NCBI GenBank assembly: GCA_002189035.1
Contig: NEEC01000013.1
Location: 1,178,001-1,242,000 of the forward strand
Direction of reading: 5' to 3'
DNA: 64,000 nucleotides
Origin: Utricularia gibba
Lineage: Eukaryota > Plantae > Magnoliophyta
In this document: in pieces, positions 9,960 to 23,400 of the stretch
Layout of the letters: every line of letters begins with the position of its first letter
How positions within the stretch are numbered: position 1 is the first letter of the stretch
Program-made: the position numbers and the translations under genes
The notes under the pieces: generated by a model
What the model was told of the DNA's origin: nothing
Databases searched by the model: none
The model's input: the letters and a program-made list of their open reading frames with translations, nothing else

Positions 9960-11223
9960 GGCATGACAAGGGGCGAACACGAGACTCACGATAAGGAAGG
10001 AACACTGCTGCCTCAAAATCACCCATGAACACAACACTGAAGAAAGTAGGTTTGCATGTGAAACCCCAGAACATTTTCATTCATGGATTTTACTTTGCTT
10101 TTTCAACGTAATAACTTTCTTCAAAGCTGGTGGCGGGGGTGGGGCTACAGCCCCCCTCGGCATTGATGATGAATTCCACGTATCACGAATTCAAAATAGT
10201 CACCAATTTGTGTTTATCATATACAGTCACACAACAGTTTGTTTCATTGATGTGTTTTAGATATTAATGGATTTAAATTATTTAAATTTAATTAAATCCA
10301 AATATGTGACTATAAAAATATCTATACATCTCTTTGATATATATATATATATATTCATATATAATGATTATATATATATAATAATTATTATATCCATATA
10401 TAAGATATAATTATATTCATATATTAAATAATATAATTTTATTAAACTTATCATAAAACAACCTTATACCCTTATATCAAACAAGTACATAGTATTGTTC
10501 GTTGTCGGGGTTCGGTCATGTAACATGTAATAATTGAAACCCGACCAAGCTCAAAATACAAATGTTTGGAATCGGATCAGAATCTTTGATTCCTAATCAA
10601 GTCGATTATTAAACAGTTTCGGTATAGTTCGATAACTTCGTTTCTTACCCGATAATTAATATTATATCAATAAACTTTACATAAAAAATTATTTTTATAT
10701 TCTTTTACCTACATCTAAAGAAAATAAAAGAAATAGATTTGGAAATCTAAAATAATAGTTTGAAAAACCCACTTAAAAAAATTGTTGAATTAAGTTAAAA
10801 ATATGATAATTGATATTATATTAATATAATGTTAGAAGTCAATGCCATATTTTTTCGCTTCATGATTTTTAAGTTTCCAAATCGAACCATGAAACCATAT
10901 TTGGTTCAGTTTCTACCCTAAACCATGAACATTCATACAACCATTTGGTTTGGACAAGAGCTGTCCGTACATAGACTAACACCCCATTGTTATGGCAATG
11001 CTGATTGATGAAAATCATAGACAAAAAGGCCTGTTTGAGGGCAACTTTTTTTTTTTTTTTTTTTTGCTTTATTCTTGAGCTCCATGACAAGAATGAGATC
11101 CATCTGAAGGAAAAGCCTTGCAAAATACACAGAAGCTACTTACTCCTCGCTACAGGTAACCATCTATGCTTACGTACGTACATACATACTCCTTGTTAGG
11201 GGCATTGGGTGATCTTCGCCCCA

Positions 11224-14200
11224 TCAACTTATGCAGTTGTCGGAGCTGCTGCAGGCCTGGTTTGGAATGGCGGTGGCACCGAAATCACCCTCCAGGCTCA
11301 TCTGCTGGACTTCCTGAGGAGATAGGATCTTGATGCAACGAACACAGTTCACGAATTCCCTGAACCACGCGTAAAATGGTGATGGTGTCAGAACAGAAGT
11401 TTCGAAGGAGAAAACAAGGGAACTGTTGTAAATGTAATATGGGGAGGAAGACATACTCCCAAGGATCATCGCCCACGAGCAAGACATCGTTCTCATGATC
11501 GACGTAAACCAGCTTCCACCCCACTCGCTGCCCGTCCTCTAGTTGCCCCTCTATGCCAAATCTGCGCGCTAAATCTTGTTTGAGTTCGTCATACCCTGCG
11601 TAACGGGTGATGTCGATTGATCTTCCAACTGCTCCTCGTTTGTAGACCTGTTGTGAGATGGGGGGAGGTTAGGCCAGGTCAGGATGCTAGTTTCTGATAT
11701 TGGAAAAGAAGAAGAGATAATAAGCTACCTTGGTGTACGTCCGCATTCTGGCACCCTGTTGTGGAACCCAAGCACCTCTAGGCATTAAGGTAGCATCATT
11801 CATTGAGGCCTCCATGGAGCTGAACGTGGTAACTCCAAATGACTGAGAGACCATCGATGATGTGAAATCAGGTTGGGGTTCCTTGGAGGCATCATAGCCC
11901 AGCAGCATGCTTCCACCAGCTGAGAACTCCTTAGATCCCATTGTGTTTCGACACATCGAATGATCGGGTAGTATTGGCAGCTCCATGTGATTCTCAACAT
12001 GAGATCCCAAGAGAACGTTGTCTCTTGGATCACCATGCATTTCCATTTCTTGGCTTGCATTTTGGAACATCATGGACTGGGAATTGAAAGACATGGAGTG
12101 GTTATTCTGAGGTACCTGACCGTCATTTTGAGAAAGAACGGAAGTTGCTGAGGATGAACTATCCAAATACTCTGTTTGCCCGCCACCAGGATTAGGATAC
12201 ATCTGTGAAGCAAAGGGGCCTTGGTTCCCATTTTTGGGTGTACTCAGGGGTGGCTTCTCCTCGGATTTAGTTGGGATCTGCTTGACTAGATGCCCGTTCG
12301 GGAACACATGCTCTTGTCCACTAGAGTTGAAAACCATGACAGAAGACGCTGCATTTGCGCAGTTGTTGGTGGATGGCGAATTTGAACATGAAGGGACATC
12401 CTCAGTGCCTGCAGAAGGACCCCTGGCAGGAGCTCCTGCTGAAATCCGATTGTTGATAGGGTTCAAGCAGCTTTCCAGACGTCCATTTGATTCAGAGAAC
12501 ATTCCTGATTGCTGCGAGTGATGAGACTTGGCCTGCTGCGGCAGTGTGTCAAATGCATTACCATATTGACTAGTAGTACTCCGGGGTGTTTGCTGCATGC
12601 TGCTTGTAGCTTGAGGGGCATCCATTGTCGCGGAAACAGACTGGCCAAAGTCCCGAGGGACGTCTCTGAGCTTAGACTGATCAACCAACTGCGACAACGA
12701 AGGCTGAGCCATCGCAGACTGCTGAACTAAAAGTGAATTCTGCTGCTGCTGAAGCTTCTGCAGAAGCTGAATCTGAATTTGGTTATCAGGCATAAGAAGC
12801 TGATGGCTCAGCATATCAGACGGTGGGGGTGGCAGCAAGCTTTGGCTAGGAATATGCTGCTGCAGATGAGCCATATTTTCAGACAAATTTCGCTGTAACT
12901 GCTGACTCACAAGAGACTGTTGTTGCTGGGGTAGAGAAGCTTGAGGATGCACAAGTCCTTGTGACTGCATAAACTGCGCCGGAACTTGGCTAGCCGGAAA
13001 CTTTGTTGCCAAACCTTGAGCAACTAAATTTTGCCTAGGATGCAGATTAGCATCACTCAGCTGCTCCTGCGGAGACATCAAGGAACCAACGGCATTTAAA
13101 GATGATGATGGCAGACTTTGTAGCTGGTCATCAACTGGTTGGATTGGCCTCATTGAATTGCTTTGAAAGTTGTTCTGCTGCGGCAAGCCCAACTGACGGG
13201 AAACATCACTGCCTGAAAGGTTTTGCAGAATGGAATTGGGCAAGGAGGTTGGAATGCTTGGTTGCAGTGTGTTGGCCAGTGAAGAATTCTGCTGGATGTT
13301 CATCCATTGAGCTAGGCTCAGACCAGGCAGAGCTTGGGGACATTTAAAACTGAGATCGTCCCCTCCCCAAGACGTCGCCCTCCTGAACAGAACATCTGAA
13401 TCAGAGGAATCATCATCTGCAAGAAAAAAAGACAAGAGTTTTGTAAAGGACTCGAAGTTCTTGATCCATTTTGTTCCCACAACTAGAATTCCAGAAAGTC
13501 TAGATTACTACACTCGGACAGCCGGCGGCAGCATCTCTGCCCCATGCACTAAGCATGGACCAGAACACAAATTCCACCTTTACAAAAAAGCATGGAACGA
13601 CAAGAAGGAGAATTATTCTGTCGTGTAGGCTACTGTACACCTTTCAGGAGAATCAATATTCTGAGATATTATAAGTGATAGCATCACGTGGCAAGAAGAT
13701 TTGAATAAATAATTTGATTCCTAGCAATGGGGACAAGCAAGCTCCTTTCTGTATTAGTACCTGACATTCCTGGTTGTCTTGGGCGCTTAGAACGGAAAAA
13801 AGGTGGGGTTGGCCAGATGAAAAATGGTGCAGTTACAGGTTCAATCTCCCAAATAGAGACACGAGTGCGCTTTTCTCCAGCAGTTGACTCATCCCAGCCA
13901 ACCTAGGAAATGAATGTGCACTTTAAATTAAGCCAAAGAACCAAGATCTCTTTTTTTCTTTTTTTGTGAGCTTGTTGATCATCGCTACCTGCAAGTTACG
14001 CCATTGGGAGTTCTTCCATCGGACAGGATCCAAGTCACTAATCCCAGTTATAGTGCCCATGTATCTGTTACCCGATGGGATTTTTTAGTTTTGACACGAA
14101 ATACCCTTCAAATGAAGAGCATAGAAAGCATCATCCTCACCTTCTTGTTCCGGATTCTTCGGTTTCAAACATCATCCGGAAGCGCATCCCAAGTGAAATT

Positions 14201-16573
14201 TGGTTGCAGACAGCCTTGTAGTACTTTGCTAAGGGAATTACAAACTCTGATGGACTAGCCCTGCATCCGAAACCAGAATCAGAAAGAACAAGAACATCAC
14301 ACAAGCCATACTTGATGAAAAAAAAATCATTATACGTACACAACCTTGGATTGTAGAAAACTGTGAAGGGGCTGTTGTTTGAAGCGGCATGAGCTGCTGC
14401 CGCAAGAATCCCAATGTGCATGCTATCACTTGACAGAACCGAGGATGAAAGGTTATTTGGTTGTCTGTTGGCACGTCTGATGCCCAAGAGAAGCTGCTGC
14501 TTTTCATCTCTGATGAAGAAAACAGAATCACCGGCTAGCAGCCTCTTTCCACTGACAAAGAGACTCCATCCAGTCGTTAGCAAGTGCCGCTTTGGCTGCC
14601 CTGAAAACAAGAGACCACATTTTCAGCATAAGATTCAACATAACATAAAATAAAAAAAAAGTTGGAACTCACCCCGGTAAATGTGGCGGAATGCCCATAC
14701 GTTGTCATGCAAGTCTCGAGCAACTAGCTCTTGTGCAGGAGGTTGCATTGTGAAGTCCTAGATTAAATTTAACAAGTTTGCTGCTGTATAAAGATGTTTC
14801 AAAGATGATGAAAACAAGGAGAAAGGATTGTTGAAAGTACCAGAGGGGGGAAGATCTTCTCAGCAGCACGGCGGGGAACAGAAAAACCTCCATGGGTGCT
14901 GGTATCACTTGCTGTTAAGGTTTTGCAGAAAAACTCCATCTGCGGTTTATTTGATCTCATGGAGAGATCTGATCTCAACAGAGCGTCCTTATCAAACTGC
15001 ATTAGGAATGCGCATAATCCAAATCAACCACATAAACATGAAGCACAATAAACAGAGTTCTCTCCCGCATTGTAACATCCATGATGAAAAATTTTCAATC
15101 CAACAGGAAAAAGAGTAAGAAGCTCACCGAGGGCAACGGTTGCAAGGTCATCTGGGCGTATACCTCATCCGTATCAGGATCAGACTAAACAATCACCAAG
15201 CAGATAACAGCACAAGTTAATAAAGAAGATGAACGAGAGTTCATTGACCCAAGCAGCAGTCATGGAAGCATACATGCAGTGTAATAGTGTGAAGAACGCA
15301 TAGCAGCTTTGATGGAAGATTCGGATAATTCGGTATTCCTCCATCCATATCCTTCTCCATCGATGCTGCAACCTAAAAAAGAACACCAGCAATACAAAAG
15401 CATTCACGGTATCAGCAGCGAGCAACCTTGGTTCAAATAACATGGCATCATGGCTCTTCAACACAGAATGTGGAAGCATTGAAAACTATGTGTCTCCGTA
15501 GATCCAAATAACACCAAACAATCAATCACGTCATACATCTTAAGTTCCAAGCTTGGAGCATGGGGGACGCTCCACAAACTCTTTTCTAAACATTCAATGC
15601 CAAATTGCAATCTTCAATGGGTTAAAAGTGTACAATTTGATCAACCATAATATCCACAATGGCAGAAGTGCAAGAAGTTGCCCCCCCCACCCCCAACCCG
15701 GTGCACTATGGCACGGCGGTGGCTGTTGTATTCTCAGCCTCACCCCTTTCATTTTTTTAAATCTGGACCAGTATCGCCGACGGCACACGTTAGCACGGCG
15801 GCGGTTGAGTTCCATGTCATAAACGGATAGCCCAAAATCATATAGAACCACCGGAGCATCGGCCATCCATGAGCTTAACCAGATTAAGGTTCGGAAAAAA
15901 ATCACCTATTTCACATTCACACATCAATTTCCATATCCCCACGCAATAAATTACGACGGGTGTACGCCACCAGCTCACGTTAGCGCGGATGGCTCCACCC
16001 CAGATATAAATTTAATTATCAAGGGATTCCGTGCATGTGATCGAATTTGCATCAAGTCAGCCACTGACGGAAAGGGATGGATGGCTTCCAACGCCCATAC
16101 GACGCTGTATCGGCGCATTTTAACAGCCCCCCACACTGTTTCTTCTTCTTTTTTCTTCCCGTTTGACAAAGACGATAGAAAAAACATACACGCAAAATAA
16201 TAGCATTAAACGGGCGGAATCATCACCTGTTCGCTGTGCCCTTGCGGAAAATAGACGACGTGGGTGCCCGCCGCCGGAAGATTTACCAGTGGGCCGGCGC
16301 AGGCATGCCAGAGTTCGCGGTTGATACTCTTCTTGGGGTCCCCTATCAATAGTTTTAAAAGGCATAAAAACCCAGAAACCATGGAAAGCTGAAAACTGGA
16401 AAAGAAGCATCAAGTCTACTCTCAGTGGAAATGGTATATGGAGAAATTTCCACGCAAAAAGGGGGATTTTAAGGACCTTCCACGGCGGAGGTGTTACTCG
16501 GTGGAGTAGGAGTGGGTGCAGCAGCAGCAGCAGCAGCGCTGCCGCCGCCGCCGCCATTGGTGGGCACCTTCAT
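11224..16573 (-). CDS. ARF19: Auxin response factor, class A activator (ARF19/ARF7 clade)
   Basis: [12 protein letters not shown]3 domain ([30 protein letters not shown]), ancillary domain, [13 protein letters not shown]-rich middle region and PB1 (RTYTKVYKRG...[14 protein letters not shown]). All exons checked splice in frame. ARF19 versus ARF7 cannot be fully resolved. Confidence 0.95.
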
Positions 16574-16617
16574 TATATCTTGCGAACTTAAACTCCCAAC
16601 TTTGAAAACTAATGAAA

Positions 16618-17062
16618 TCAGCACACCATATCTCAGCAAAAAGAAACCCAAATCGAATCGAACTAGCACCACCCAGAAGCTTCTCCAAGTCAAAAAAGCA
16701 AAAAAAATCAGGCTCCCTTCACTAGAGGACCGCGAGGGGAATCGGCAACGGCGAAGGGGATGTCATTTTTCTCTCCGGTGGGTGGAGAAGGAAAGAAAGA
16801 GACTGTGCTCGAAAAAGCAGCACAAAGATGCTGAAAAATGCAGAGACCAAACCGATGCAGCTTTAGTCTTGATTGCTCCCTTTTTCCGCCCTATAATTCT
16901 CAGAGCCAACCCCTCAAAAAGCAACACAAATTTCTCTCTCCCCCTCTACGAATCATGCGCGTATGGAATTCCATACATAAATTCTGCCAATTCCCTTCTC
17001 CTTCCCAGTTGTATCTTGTCAAAAAAAGGACCTTTTTCCAGAGCTCGTTACCCTCTTTTCAT
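16618..17062 (-). promoter_or_regulatory. uORF-rich 5' leader of the ARF gene
   Basis: Five ATG-initiated short ORFs upstream of the ARF ATG: 17062-17048, 16978-16946, 16974-16900, 16766-16722 and 16629-16618. The TSS is not known. Confidence 0.6.
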
Positions 17063-20000
17063 CACGAACCTCTTAAATCCTGCCTTCCGCAGTCCCTCCC
17101 CCTCTGCCTTCCTCGATCTTCCACAGCCCCCCCCTCCTCCTCCTCCTCCTCCAAAATTCAATAAATTAATATAATATAATAATTGTACCTGTAGCCACGC
17201 GAAAGGTTTACCAAAAAAATTCAGCATTTTCAAACCTCACCCTGCTTTTTTAAAAATAGGTTAACCCATTCTTCAATTCGTTTTAATTATATTTATTATA
17301 ATATACTATAAAAATCTAAAAATTTATAATATTCGAATTATATACATATATTTCGTATTGAAAATTCTATTTATGACGTGTGCAGCAGGGCAGGCGCGAC
17401 ACGACCTTTCAATTTCGGAAATTGGATTTATTATTATTATTTTTATTATCATTATTATAGCGTGATGATTGTTTCATCCAGTTGCCGCTTGTTTTTTTGT
17501 GGTCGGAATAAACATAAAAATCCAAGTACCACACCAAACGGTCCGGTCCAGTCATAAAACCTTATCCCATGCCCATACGCTTCCACATTTTCTCTTTTCA
17601 CACATTTCATTCTTTTCAAAACCACCTCTAGAGTTGAAAAGACTCGATTTTGCACTTGTGGGTTACCTTGAATATGGAGGGGTTTGTGGTAATTCTTAAT
17701 TAACCAAGTGGTGCCTTGAATCAGATGAAAAAGAGCTTATGGGGTTTGTTAATTTCATGATCACACTCCATTTTCAAGCCTCTAAGCTCATGTCAGAGGG
17801 GGGTTTTAAATTAAAGTTCAGCCGAGGTGGAGGAGGAGGTCTAAGAGGCCATTAAAGCATCATCACTGTTGTATATGCCATGTGTTACTATTTTTATGTA
17901 CGGGCGACACACATTCAACAGATCTAGTGCTAAGATCTATCAGAATAGGGGCTGTGTGTGTGCGTGTGTGTGTTTATAGTGAGTTGATAGTAGCATCAGT
18001 CAGCCCTAGGGTTGAAATCAGCAGCAGTAAGTGTTGTGTGTTAAATGGCCCTCCCTCATTTACCCTCTGGCCGTCTAGTTGTTACTGTTGCATCGCCCCC
18101 AAGTAACTCTCCCTTGTTCTTCAAAACTTCATTCTCCATTCTACGAGCCTTTCATTCGCTTCTCTTCCATGTAAGTTTGATTTTCCAATAATGTATCTTA
18201 ATTTTTTGCCTAATTTTTCTTCTGATGTTAAAATTCAGTACGGTAGATCGTATGAACACACATAAAACCTAATTGCATAAAAATTATAAATCACACATAA
18301 AAATACTAAATCTAATCAATTACTGTAATTTCAACTATTTTAGCATGCTGAAAAAATCATGGAATCTATCGGAGCTCGCCGAAGAATGATTTTACTAGAC
18401 GAAGTTAGAGTGCCAAGGGTTCATTCTATTTTTCTTTAAATTTTCTTGTATTTATAGAAAAGATTAATCTGACTTAATCCTGAATAATGTAGCTACTTTC
18501 CTAATCATACCATGGTCATGCAATCGGATAATTGACAACTATTCTGACATTATTATAATTCGGTTACTTTTCATACTGTCTAAAAATGTCGCTGCTGTCA
18601 AATTCAGTTTGTCGATCCACATAAATTTATCAGGACAACTTTTGATTCCTTTTTCCTTAATCGATTAACTCAGACTGATATAAGACTCCATCAAATTGTT
18701 TGTTCTAATTGCCAGTCCTTGGAAGCAAGAAAAAGGGGGCTTTGGAATGGTCAAATGAATACATAGGCGTCTCTTGTCCTGACGCGCCTTCTTACCAGGA
18801 AATTTCCCACACAATTCGACACGCGTGTTTGGAAGATGTTGGTATACCTTGTTGTATTGAGAAGAATCAGAAGCCAGTTTCATACGACTTTTACATGATG
18901 TGCTGGGGCGGGAGTGGTGGGAATCTTTGAAGAGTGTGTGTCACTTCAGAGAGATTCTGAGTTCACAGTCGCGAGATCATGTTCACACATATGAAATCGG
19001 GTTTTTCAACGCCTTCTCCCTTGCTTTATTCCCAAGTTTTTGGTGGTAGGAGGGTCCGATTCCCTCACGACTTTTGGTGCGCATCATCCGATCCCACGTG
19101 TTACCCCTAATTCGGGATAAGTGGATAAATAATTATAATAAGATGAGAATTCATATATGTGTGAAATTAGTTTTTAAAATGAGTTACTATTTGAAACTTA
19201 AAAAAATGAAAATTGACTTTTATAGGTAACTAACATATTTGAGTATATTTATTAATATTAATGTTTTATAAATAAGTATATTATATAACATTTATAAAAT
19301 ATGCCTACGCTATTATTTAATTTTACATAGATTTTTATTAAAATTATAATTTAAAATGATAAGAATTATGACTATCTATAAAATAATGAGAATAATTATA
19401 AATTTAATCTTAGAATCAATCATTTTTTCACACATCAGTTATCATCCCCATATATTAGTGATAGAATTTGAAGCGGTTATCAAAAATCAATTTTCTATAT
19501 TTTAAATACATGACTATTTTCCAAATAATAGGTTGACCTTGGGGATTGATAAGCAAGCAGTTGGTGGTTACGGGGGAGCAATATGGAACTAAAGGACACG
19601 CGTCAGCTTACGATAGGCGGACAAGTTTGCCGACGTTTTTCCACCCCATTCCCCCGGTTTTCCTTTAGACAAGAAACACAATGATTTAGTTAAGATAGGG
19701 TTGGTTACATACACCACGACAATCCTCCAAATCATGACATGCTACAAATTGGGTACGAGATTCGAAACTATCATGAAGACAACAAGATTCATTTTAGTAT
19801 TAATGTATTATTAGTAAATACATCTTGAGTTCTATTTTTTAGTTAAAATTGAGTGGTGAAGATTCATTTTTTCGGGCTCTTGGTCGTGACAAGTGGATAA
19901 TTTTTTGTTAATATTTTTATAATTATGAAAATATTTATTGTTTTTTGAAAGGAACCGAATAGCAATGAAGGAAGAAAACATTGTTATTTAAAAATGGAAT

Positions 20001-21785
20001 TATCTAATCTTTAATGGTGAGAGGCCCCAATGAAGGAAATGGGGACCACAGACCAAAATCGGGATCCATTACTATGGCTAGCGAAGGTGAATTGATGATA
20101 TTCCGTGGGGCCCGCGCCCCCCCCACCCCCACCCCGCGCTGTAAGTTATTGCAATCACCCCCCGCCCCGCCCCACCCCGCACCGGGGTATTTATTTATTG
20201 ATGGAGCCGGAGGGAGGACCACGCCATTGAATGTCCGCAACTTAATTTCCCGATGCACGCATCAATTTTCAAGGCATCCCTTTCACGCCTCTCTACCTCG
20301 CAAAAAATTAAAAAGAAAAAAATTGCATGTTGCTATGTGAGTGAATGGGTGATGTTGTTTCTATGGACAATTACAAAATTGGATATATTTTAGAATTTTA
20401 TATTCTTATGAATTAATTATTTTTTAAAACTTAATCAATGTTTTAAAATTTTTTTGAAATTTATTTTTATTTTTTTAAAAAAAACAATTTTATTCCAAAA
20501 CACTATCAATTGTAAAAATATTTATATTAAAAATAATTTTGAAATTATATTATAAAAATTACTTTTGAAAAAATAAGAAATAATCTACTTTTTATTTTAT
20601 TTTCTATTTTTATTAGTACATAATTCAAGAACAATTACAATTTATTTTTATATCTATCAATTATTTATATGTTTCAAAAATTATTTTCAAAAAATAGAAA
20701 TATATTCTAAAAATTTTCCAAAACAATGATTTAGAATCCAATACAAATGGATATTTAATATAAATATCAAAAGATACATTATCCTAAAGTTTTTAGAAGT
20801 AACTTTATTATCAAAACTGTAATAAGATACATAATCCCAACTTCTAATTTTTAGGAGATACTTCTTGGGAAATACTTACGTTACAAAAGATATATGAAAC
20901 ATAACCTATTATTGGATTTTCATCTTGGCTACAACATTTTATGCCATAAATTTAATGTTTTTTGTAATTATTATTATTTCTACTTTTTTATTTTCGTTTT
21001 TTAGAAAATTTTCAAAAAATGAGTTTATTATAAAGAAATTTGAATGCGCAATTAGCTAAGTAGGTGAGGCATTGAACGAATGTTAAAAAGTATGTCGGTT
21101 GCCTTGAAAAACCTACGGCCCCCAATACATAGGATACGAATAAATGAAGGGTTGTTTGGATTTTAGATTTATTAAAAGATAGATAAGAGACCCACCAATT
21201 ATTTAAATAGTAATTTCTATTTTTCAAACATTTACTCCATTTCTTTAATTACAAATTAATTTTCAGAGGCATTTAAATTGTATTAAAAGCTTGGAAAGGT
21301 AATCTTTATGAGTGGAGATATAAATTCATAATTATATTCCAATCATATCATCTCTCCTTTTAAATAAATTGAAATAAATAATGTTATCTAAACGTGTTAT
21401 TTATTATAAATATATAATATCCATTTTATTTTCTGATAAATTTTTTTAAAACATATATCATTTTTCATCAATAAAATAAGCTTTTGTAATTCAAACAAAA
21501 GTTGTTAAATAGTTATTTTCGAAAGAGAGGAAAACAATTTGGATTGTACCCTCCCAAGTACAAATAACGAAGCCTGTGGGACCTGCCGACTTCGTCGTGG
21601 CGCCACCCAATGGGTCCCACCCTTCGAAGAAAATAATTATATTAAATTTTTAAATAGCTTTTTCGACGTAAATAGCCTCCAAGGGTGGCGCCGCACACAC
21701 TGTTTTTCGAAACCTAAATAAAAATTTTTAGAATCATTGTTGTTTGCAAAACAAGATAAATCATCAATACGATATTATCCAAAAT

Positions 21786-21788
<3 letters not shown>

Positions 21789-21820
<32 letters not shown>
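21789..21820. repeat. (AT)n microsatellite
   Basis: About 15 TA units seen directly. Shorter (AT)n runs also occur near 5588-5609 and 10335-10355. Confidence 0.85.
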
Positions 21821-21822
<2 letters not shown>

Positions 21823-23400
21823 TATATCGAGAGTAATGCGTAACTTAATTAACAAATACTTTATTTTTTTAAAAAAAAATGAACATATTTTGTCTTTTCA
21901 AAATAATATTATTGATTGAAAATCAATTTGCTGTGATCCCAACTCATCATCTACCAAGTTGGTTAAACAAATCATTATGGAGACCAAACGGTCTTCTTTG
22001 CACCACCGTTTATTTTCCAAATATCATTACATACATATACAAGATCTGTGTTTATCTTGTATGATATTGTATGATTTAGATGTTTAAACGCCATCATTTT
22101 AATTAATTTTTGAAAAAACATTTCGTATAAAATTAAAAGAATCACTATATTTAAGCATATATTCTATTTCATTTGGAAGATATATTATACAATATTGATT
22201 ATATATTTATTTATTAGTAGCGTGGAGAAGCGTGTCCCTTGGTGAAATTTCCAAATTAGAAAAAAGGCATGAGAAGAATTATGAGAACGTTGGAATATAT
22301 GCATTTTTTATTTGGAAATATTTGACCTAATTAATTTGTTATGCCATTGCCGTCATGGGGGATGGGGCCCACTGTTGAGACAGCTACTGAAGCGTTGCCG
22401 ACGTGGTCGGGGTATTTTTTATTCACACATTTTCAATAAAAAAATAGAAAATACCTCCATTTTTTTATAATACGCTTTAGTTTTAGTGCACCGGATTGAG
22501 TTGGCTCATTTTGGGGGAATTGGTGCATTAGATGAATTTAAATGATTTTAATATCAATTATGTATATATTTAAAATAGAAAATACCCAAATAAGAAGATT
22601 TATTTAGGGTTTGGTTTCAAAATTTATTACAAATTAAATTTTCTTTTGTACCCATTGACTAAACTTCCTTGTCTGAGCTTAGTGGGCCTGGGCTGAGTTC
22701 TATGTAAATGCATTCTTTCCAGCGGTAGCCCAGCCCATGTAAACCATGAAAGCCGCCGCTTCCAAAGCAGCTTTTGAGGAAGGGTAGTTCGGTCATTTAA
22801 TTCCGCTATGAGAAAATAAGAGAATGACTATGAGGATAGAGTATACATAAAGAAATTATAATTTTGTTTAATTTTCGTATATTTTAATTTTTTTTATAAA
22901 ATTAAAAATTCAAATTGTTTGTTAAATTTTATAAATTATTAAATTTCTGTTTCATTGATTAAATAAAAATTAATTAAAAAAGTATATTATATATTTTAAT
23001 ATATCTATAAATAATATTTATATTATCATATTAAATTATATACTAATTTAATATATTAAAATTATAATATATAATTTAATATTATCTTATAAAACAGCGT
23101 TATAATGTAAAATTTTAAAACTGATTATATTTTATATTCTACAATATGCTTTTAATGTGGCATTTTCTTCCGCGTGACTGACTAAACATAATTTACGCAC
23201 GTGTGTACGGGATTAATTAATGGAATACCATGATTTGTTGAAACTTGAATGATGCGATTTTCTATTTTTAGGGAAGGAAGGTTCTAGACGACGAACTTCT
23301 CAGCAAAACTCTCTCCTCACGAGTTGCAATCTTCTTTCCTCAACTTCTGGAACCATTTCTCCTTTTGCAATTTCTTGATATATTTGTTTGGAACTGAGGG

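Noticed and set aside
9720-10060. Small ORF or hairpin upstream of SHT (MGDFEAAVF..., 10-bp stem at 9903-9929)
   Set aside because: No recognisable family, several stops, and the stem is too short for a miRNA.
10490-10950. hAT-like AACCG/CGGTT subterminal motifs (also about 34290-34480 and 60470-60530)
   Set aside because: No paired TIRs or target duplications could be defined, so they are too degraded to call.
16491-17174. 227-aa plus-strand ORF and other long antisense ORFs (e.g. 48321-48962, 41228-41803, 53415-53879)
   Set aside because: They are shadows of real genes or low-complexity leaders, with no motif content.
17816-17870. GTGATGA...CTGA box C/D pair on the minus strand
   Set aside because: Only about 55 nt long, with no terminal stem and no rRNA-complementary guide.
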